Assembly: GCF_009914755.1 (NCBI RefSeq)
Contig: NC_060932.1
Length of the DNA stretch: 64,000 nucleotides
Strand: one strand, 5' to 3'
Source: the human T2T-CHM13v2.0 reference genome, Homo sapiens
In this document: positions 57,609-64,000 of the stretch, in pieces
Numbering within the stretch: position 1 is the stretch's first letter
Layout: each line of letters begins with the position of its first letter
Made by a program: the position numbers and the translations under genes
Notes under the pieces: model-generated
Told to the model about the DNA's origin: nothing
Database searches by the model: none
What the model saw: the letters and a program-made list of their open reading frames with translations, nothing else

Positions 57609-57939
57609 TGATGATGTTTAGAGAATAAGAACATTCAGGGCAGTGCTATGATTACACGGTTCACCTTATTTCCATTCATATGTCCATCCTGCATCCTCAA
57701 TAGTCTGTAAGTGCCTACAGGCCTAGAGAACATGTGCTGTGTCTTAACCTTCTGTCTCTCTCCTGTCATGCCATAGAGTGGAGTTGTTGAATTTGGTTGA
57801 ACTTCTAATAGATTCATTCTTTCTATTTAACCTATTGATACCTCCTTTCATAGTCTCGCACGTCCAGTATTTTTGGCTGGGTCAAAAAAAAAAAAAAAAA
57901 AAAAAGATTACAAATGTTCTCACCAAAGTCATGAGAGGC

Positions 57940-58920
57940 TGCTTTTTCTTTTGTTGTTAAATCACATGGGCAATTTTCGGTTCTCATCTCCTCGTCTGAA
58001 TGATTGTTTTCTGCAACAGTACTCTCTCCTAATTTTTTGGGCACTCCAATTCAGTTTCCTTTGATGAGTTCTCTCATTCTTCTAGTAGCTCGGGCAGAAG
58101 CCCTGAAGTCATCCCTGGCTTCTTTCTTTCTCTTATGGACAATGTTCAATTCATCAGAACCCCTGTTTTTTTCTCCCTTAAAAATACATCTAGAATAAGA
58201 ACAATTTTACCAGCACTGCTGCTAGCTACTTCCTTGGTCCAGACACCATCCTCTCTGGCCTGGAGGGTTACACTTGCCTCCTGCCTGGTCTCCTGGATCC
58301 CCCTTCTTGTGCCCATAAGCTGTTCTCAACACACAGCCAAAGTGGTCCACTTGAAGCCCAAGTCGGCTCTCCGAACATCTCCTCAGAGCCCTCCCCTGGC
58401 TTCTCATCTCACTCAGAATAGAAGTCAAAGTCAGATTTAAAACTTAAAAAAAAAAAAAAATGGAAAAAGGAAAAAAAAGTCAAAGTCCCTACAAGGCCTC
58501 TGAGGTCTTTGGGACTGGTCACTCCTCCTCGCTCACTTGGCCCCAGAAGAATGACCTCCTGTGGCTTTTCCCAGAACATCTAGTTTGCCCTTCTCCAGGT
58601 ATGTACATTGTTTGTTTTCTCACTTCCTTCCAAACTTTACTCAAAAACCTAATGTCACCTTCTTAGTAAAGCCTACCTTGATCACTTTGTCTAAAGGCCA
58701 CAGCTCACCCATTCTTCCTAGAGCATATCATTAGTAAAGGCAATGAATATTTTACTTATATTTTGTTTGTTTTTTCTTCAATATACTATAAGCTCTAACA
58801 AAACAGGGATTTAAAAATTATTATTTTTCATAATTAATGTCCATTCTGTTCACGGATCCACTACTTGACATACAGTAGGTGTTTGATGAGCATTTGTTGA
58901 GTGACTGACTGACTGAATGT
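57940..58920 (+). mobile_element. L2 relic
   Basis: Pyrimidine-rich L2 body ending ACATACAGTAGGTGTTTGATGAGCATTTGTTGAGTGACTGACTGACTGAATG. Confidence 0.8.
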
Positions 58921-59089
58921 TGGTGCTCCCCGTTGTTTTCTCTCAGTGTTTTATTCTTGCCACTTGTGTGCTCATCTCATGTCTAAAACCACCTGTCTGT
59001 GGGTTACACTCCAGGGCAGACTTCTTCTTGGAGCTCCACACAGAGATATTTAAACTGCTTCCCAGGCATTATCCTTGATGTTCCTGTGA

Positions 59090-59600
59090 GTGAGGGCTGT
59101 TCCTCCCATAAAGGGCCTAAGCATATTAACGTGCATAACTGAAAAGTCCAGTTGTAGGGCTGGCTTCAGGTGTGGCTGAAATCAGGGCTCAGCTAATGTC
59201 ACCAAAACATGCTCCTTTTTGTTCTGTCACTAAGCTCTGCTTTTCTTTTGGCTACGTTCTTAGGTTTTCTTTCTGGGGTGGCAAGATGTGTACAGCATCC
59301 CAAGCCTCATATTCTTGTTGCTCTAAATCCAATGCAAGGGAGACAGCCTCTCACGCAGTTTCTGGTGTTCAAACCCTCATTGGACTAGCTTAGGACGAGT
59401 GGATCCCTGCCTTCCCTACTCCCCACCACAACACAGCCACACAGTCACACTTACACATGGTCCTGGCCAAGGGAACTGCAGTGTTTAATGGCTCTGATGT
59501 GGGTGACGTACTCTATTCTTGAGGGTAGCCCTGCCACACCATACGAACTAAGTATTATTGGGGGAAATCCTCAAATGGAAATTTGGGTTGTTTTCAGATC
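59090..59600 (-). mobile_element. MLT1 (J/K/L-type) solo LTR
   Basis: CATAACTGAAAAGTCCAG...GCTGGCTTCAGGTGTGGCTG...CAGGGCTCA...GGCAAGATG...CTCATTGGACTAGCTTAGG. Confidence 0.7.
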
Positions 59601-59629
59601 AAGGAAAAATGGATGACAAAGGTAAGCAC

Positions 59630-60418
59630 CATCATTTTCCTAGTTGCTCAATCTTTCTGTGGTCTTGTTTTTTTCCTTGTCTTTACTCTGTATATCCAAT
59701 AAGTTACTTTATTATTTCCTTAATGTGTATCTTGAATCCATGTATGCCTCCTCTTCCTCTTTGCTATTACCTCAGTTTCGGCGTCATCATTTTGTCCCTG
59801 GATTTCTAGAACAGCCTTCAAAATTGTCTCCCTCCCTAAAGTCATTTTAATGTATTCTGTCCCCATTCAAAAGAGGTTTTCCAAAATGCACATATGTTTT
59901 TCTCTTTCTGTTTCTATCTCTCTGTCTCTGTCTCTCTCACTCTCTTCAAGTTCCTCTTTGTCACAGTGTAGGAGATGCTTTTGAATGTGGTTCTAACCAG
60001 CCTCTGCTCCTCAGCTCTGAACATGTAAGTCCATGTACCTTTGACAATTGGAGCCAACTGCTAGTCCTCAAACATGCGGTGGACTTTTGCACCTTCACGC
60101 CTTGGCTCACAATGACTTTTTTTTTTTTTTGCTTGGAGAGTTATTTCCTTGGCATTCTACATCAGGAAAGATCCATCTGTCCTTAAATATCCAATAAATA
60201 TTTTTTGAGCACCCATTGTATAACACCTTCAGCTAATTCCCTCAGAAAGAATGGTGCTGTCCCACTCCAGGCTTTCCTGAGTTAGAGTTGGCTGTGCATT
60301 AGTGTGTTTCCTGTTTAACTGTGAGCTCCTTGAGGAAGCCTATTGTAGCTCCACTATCCAGCACAATGCATGGCACACAGTAGGCACTCACTCAATAATT
60401 ATTGAATGAGTAAATGTA
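59630..60418 (+). mobile_element. L2 relic
   Basis: Ends CTGTGAGCTCCTTGAGG...GCACAATGCATGGCACACAGTAGGCACTCA...TTGAATGAGTAAATG. Confidence 0.75.
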
Positions 60419-60679
60419 ATGTACAGACCAGAAGGTAATATTGGGCATTTGAAAGCATGTTCACTACTGAGGAAGTATATCATAAAAGGAGAAAATAAAA
60501 ACTGTGGCTCTATAATGGTACCTTCTCAAGAGCCAGATCCTCTTGAAAATGCATTCACCAAACACATTAAAATAGATCGGGGCATCGTGCATGTGACTTG
60601 CAAATTGAGATTTTGCTTATTAGGAAATAGTCACAACTCGTTACCATTTACATTTCACTTGTTATTTCTTCAAAAAAAA

Positions 60680-60698
60680 GTGTGTGTGTGTGTGTGTG
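60680..60698. repeat. (GT)n microsatellite
   Basis: About 9 GT units. Confidence 0.9.
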
Positions 60699-61545
60699 GC
60701 TTTGATAGCGGGAAATAGAAAACTAAATGTCTGGAAAAAATGGGGCCAAATAGATATAATTTAGTTTTATATAGAGGTTATTCTAAAAGTCTCAGAAAAT
60801 CACGAGCCAAAGGTTCAAAATCATGCTTTCCTTACTAATTGCTTATAAGGATCAAACACTTATAGAGAGAATTGCAATCAATAAAAAGGGTCATTTCCAT
60901 GAGTAGCCTGTTTACAACCATTTTGTACACAAACAGAAGAACCGTTTGAGGATTGGTGGTCAGTTCACTAGCACTCCAAGAAAATGTCCAAACAAATTCT
61001 TCTGTGTTGACATGGAAGAACATCAGTTCTTCAGAGACGCCAACACAGTGCAGAAATCCTTCCTTTAAGTGTTTGCATTCATCACTGATGAAACACTGGG
61101 GCTGACTTGCTGACATCTGAGTTACTACAGTTATCAGATACAGTTCATGAACTGTCTGTCATATTCTAACTAAGCGCTAAACTATTTCTTCATCTTCGTG
61201 AGTAAAAAGGAACACGTCATTGACAGTGGAAAGTTCAAGGCATCCCATTTAAAAAGAAATAGTTATATTAACTCATCTTAATATTTTGTTTAGCACAAGA
61301 GTTTTATTTATATAGAAAAGGGCCTATATGGTAAGTTATTTAGAATGCAGGGAAACAAATTTGCCAGAAATATATATCTTTATAATTTATAATAAATGTT
61401 CTTTGGAATATTCCTAATAAGGCAACAGATTTGAATGCCATCAAACACCATGCCCAGCATCCACCAGGGGTTGGCTCAGAGAACAGCAGCTAGGAAGTAG
61501 CTACAGGAAGCAGCAGACATGGCTGAGCCTAAACCCAAATTACAA

Positions 61546-61706
61546 TTTATTTTTATTTTTTATTTTTGAGACAGGGTCTCATTCTGTTGCTCAGACTAGA
61601 GTGCCGTGGTGCGATCACAGCTCACTACAGCTGCAAACTCCTAAGCTCAAGCATTCCTCCGGCCTAGATGTCCCAAAGTGCAGGGATTACAAGGGTGAGC
61701 CTGGCC
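61546..61706 (-). mobile_element. FRAM (free right Alu monomer)
   Basis: Single antisense monomer; TSD similar to CCCAAATTACAATTT/CCCAAATGAGAATTT. Confidence 0.88.
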
Positions 61707-62849
61707 CCAAATGAGAATTTTTAAGATGGGTGCAAACGGGTGACTGAATTATGAATCTTTTTCTTAATCCTTGTCTTCCCAGATAATGACCACATTCATT
61801 AGTGTCATTTTGAATACAAAAGTGTGCTGTGGGCTTTTCCCTGATGATAAAAGCCTTCTTCATCTTTTGGTTTTCCCTGAGGTTGAATATTTCAGGCTTT
61901 CTGGATACTTGATTATAAATCATTGTTTATCTTATTCTCGGATGTACAGGACAAAGTTGTCCTTTCTGGGCTGATGATCTCCTCATCTTGTTAGTTAAAC
62001 CCAGTTGTCCTGATCTGTTCCCTTTCTCAATTATATATGTGTCTGTTTAATACACCCTAGTACAGAAAATATCAGAATTTGATTCAGCCCAATAAACAGT
62101 TTGCCATAGGATTTACACAACATGCAAATAACATTATTTAAAATTTTATTCAATTCTCCAAAAATAATTGTATGTATTACTTTCAGAAAGTACATCTACT
62201 ATATAAATTGAGATATAAAAATGATGGTCACTGGGAGAGGGCTCCCTGTGCCTTGAATATTCTGCTAAGAGATTTACTTCCATAACCTCACTGAATCTTC
62301 ATGAACGTCTTTAAAAGAGGCTAGTTCAATTATTTAATTAAAATGTAAATATTTTAAAGCTGGCTTAGTACAAATAAAAAAGAGAAAAACTTATAAGCTT
62401 TGCATTCATATATAAAGCATGTTCTACTTTATAAAATATTCATAATGTTAAAATCCGGTATTATTTCATTTTATGGAAAATTTGGCATAATTTCCAGATT
62501 TGCAAAGATGTCATCTAAGTTTGATTGTTTTCCAAAAGCCTTTAATAAAGCAGAAAAAGTGTGAATGAAGGACAAATTATAGGGACTCATAATGTGATAT
62601 TTTCTGCTTAGGAAATGTGTGGAAATGCTATAAGTGAATGAACTGTATCTGTATTTAATGTATAATTTTTGATTAAACTGAGCCTCTTGAAATAGGTCTC
62701 AGAATAAAAATGCAAGGTCAGTGGCTATGTAGTTTGCTATGGATTCAGATCTGCTACAGTGGAGCTCTCCAAATCCAAGCTTCGACTTATCTTCTGACAA
62801 AGGAGGTCAAAGGTCATGCCAAATCCATCTCAAATTCTTTTTTTTTATG

Positions 62850-63035
62850 TATTGATAAACAATAGAATTTTACTTAGGTCACATTTCTGAAGGCTAAGCA
62901 GTTCAAGATCAAGCATTGCACCTGGTGAGGGCCTTTTTGCTATTTTATAATATGGTGGAAGGCATTACATGGCAAGAGAGTGTATATGAGTGAGGGAAGG
63001 GGGCCAAAATTATCTTTTGTAAGAATGTCACCCCA
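62850..63035 (-). mobile_element. MST(C/D)-type MaLR LTR fragment
   Basis: AAACAATAGAATTT...GTTCAAGATCAAG...CTGGTGAGGGCCTTTTTGCT...ATGGTGGAAGGCATTACATGGCAAGAGAG. Confidence 0.75.

Positions 63036-64000
<965 letters not shown>

Noticed and set aside
60835-61116. 93-aa ATG-initiated minus-strand ORF
   Set aside because: No recognisable homology, and the length is within chance expectation for 64 kb. Ribo-seq or PhyloCSF support would be needed.

Overview
This is primate, very probably human, non-coding genomic DNA. It is AT-rich and CpG-depleted, with no CpG island. About half of it is recognisable interspersed repeat: roughly 30 Alu/FLAM/FRAM copies (AluJ, S and Y), MaLR/ERVL solo LTRs, Tigger and hAT DNA-transposon fossils, MIR/L2 relics, and a primate L1 ORF2 fragment running off the right edge. 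I cannot support any host protein-coding gene, tRNA, rRNA, snRNA or CRISPR array, and I could not identify the locus. The supplied ORFs are Alu-derived or chance ORFs, apart from the decayed L1 reverse-transcriptase segment. I found no convincing new biological system. The most interesting signals are structural: (1) three locally templated duplications between 37 and 46 kb, including a tail-less Alu piece copied from a neighbouring Alu and an exact 60-bp copy; (2) a near-consensus AluYc1-like element with a pure 40-A tail; (3) several perfect or near-perfect hairpins, one shaped like a pre-miRNA; (4) unusual retroelement junctions; (5) a cluster of + strand splice signals. Repeat family names come from remembered consensus sequences, and boundaries of old repeats are approximate.
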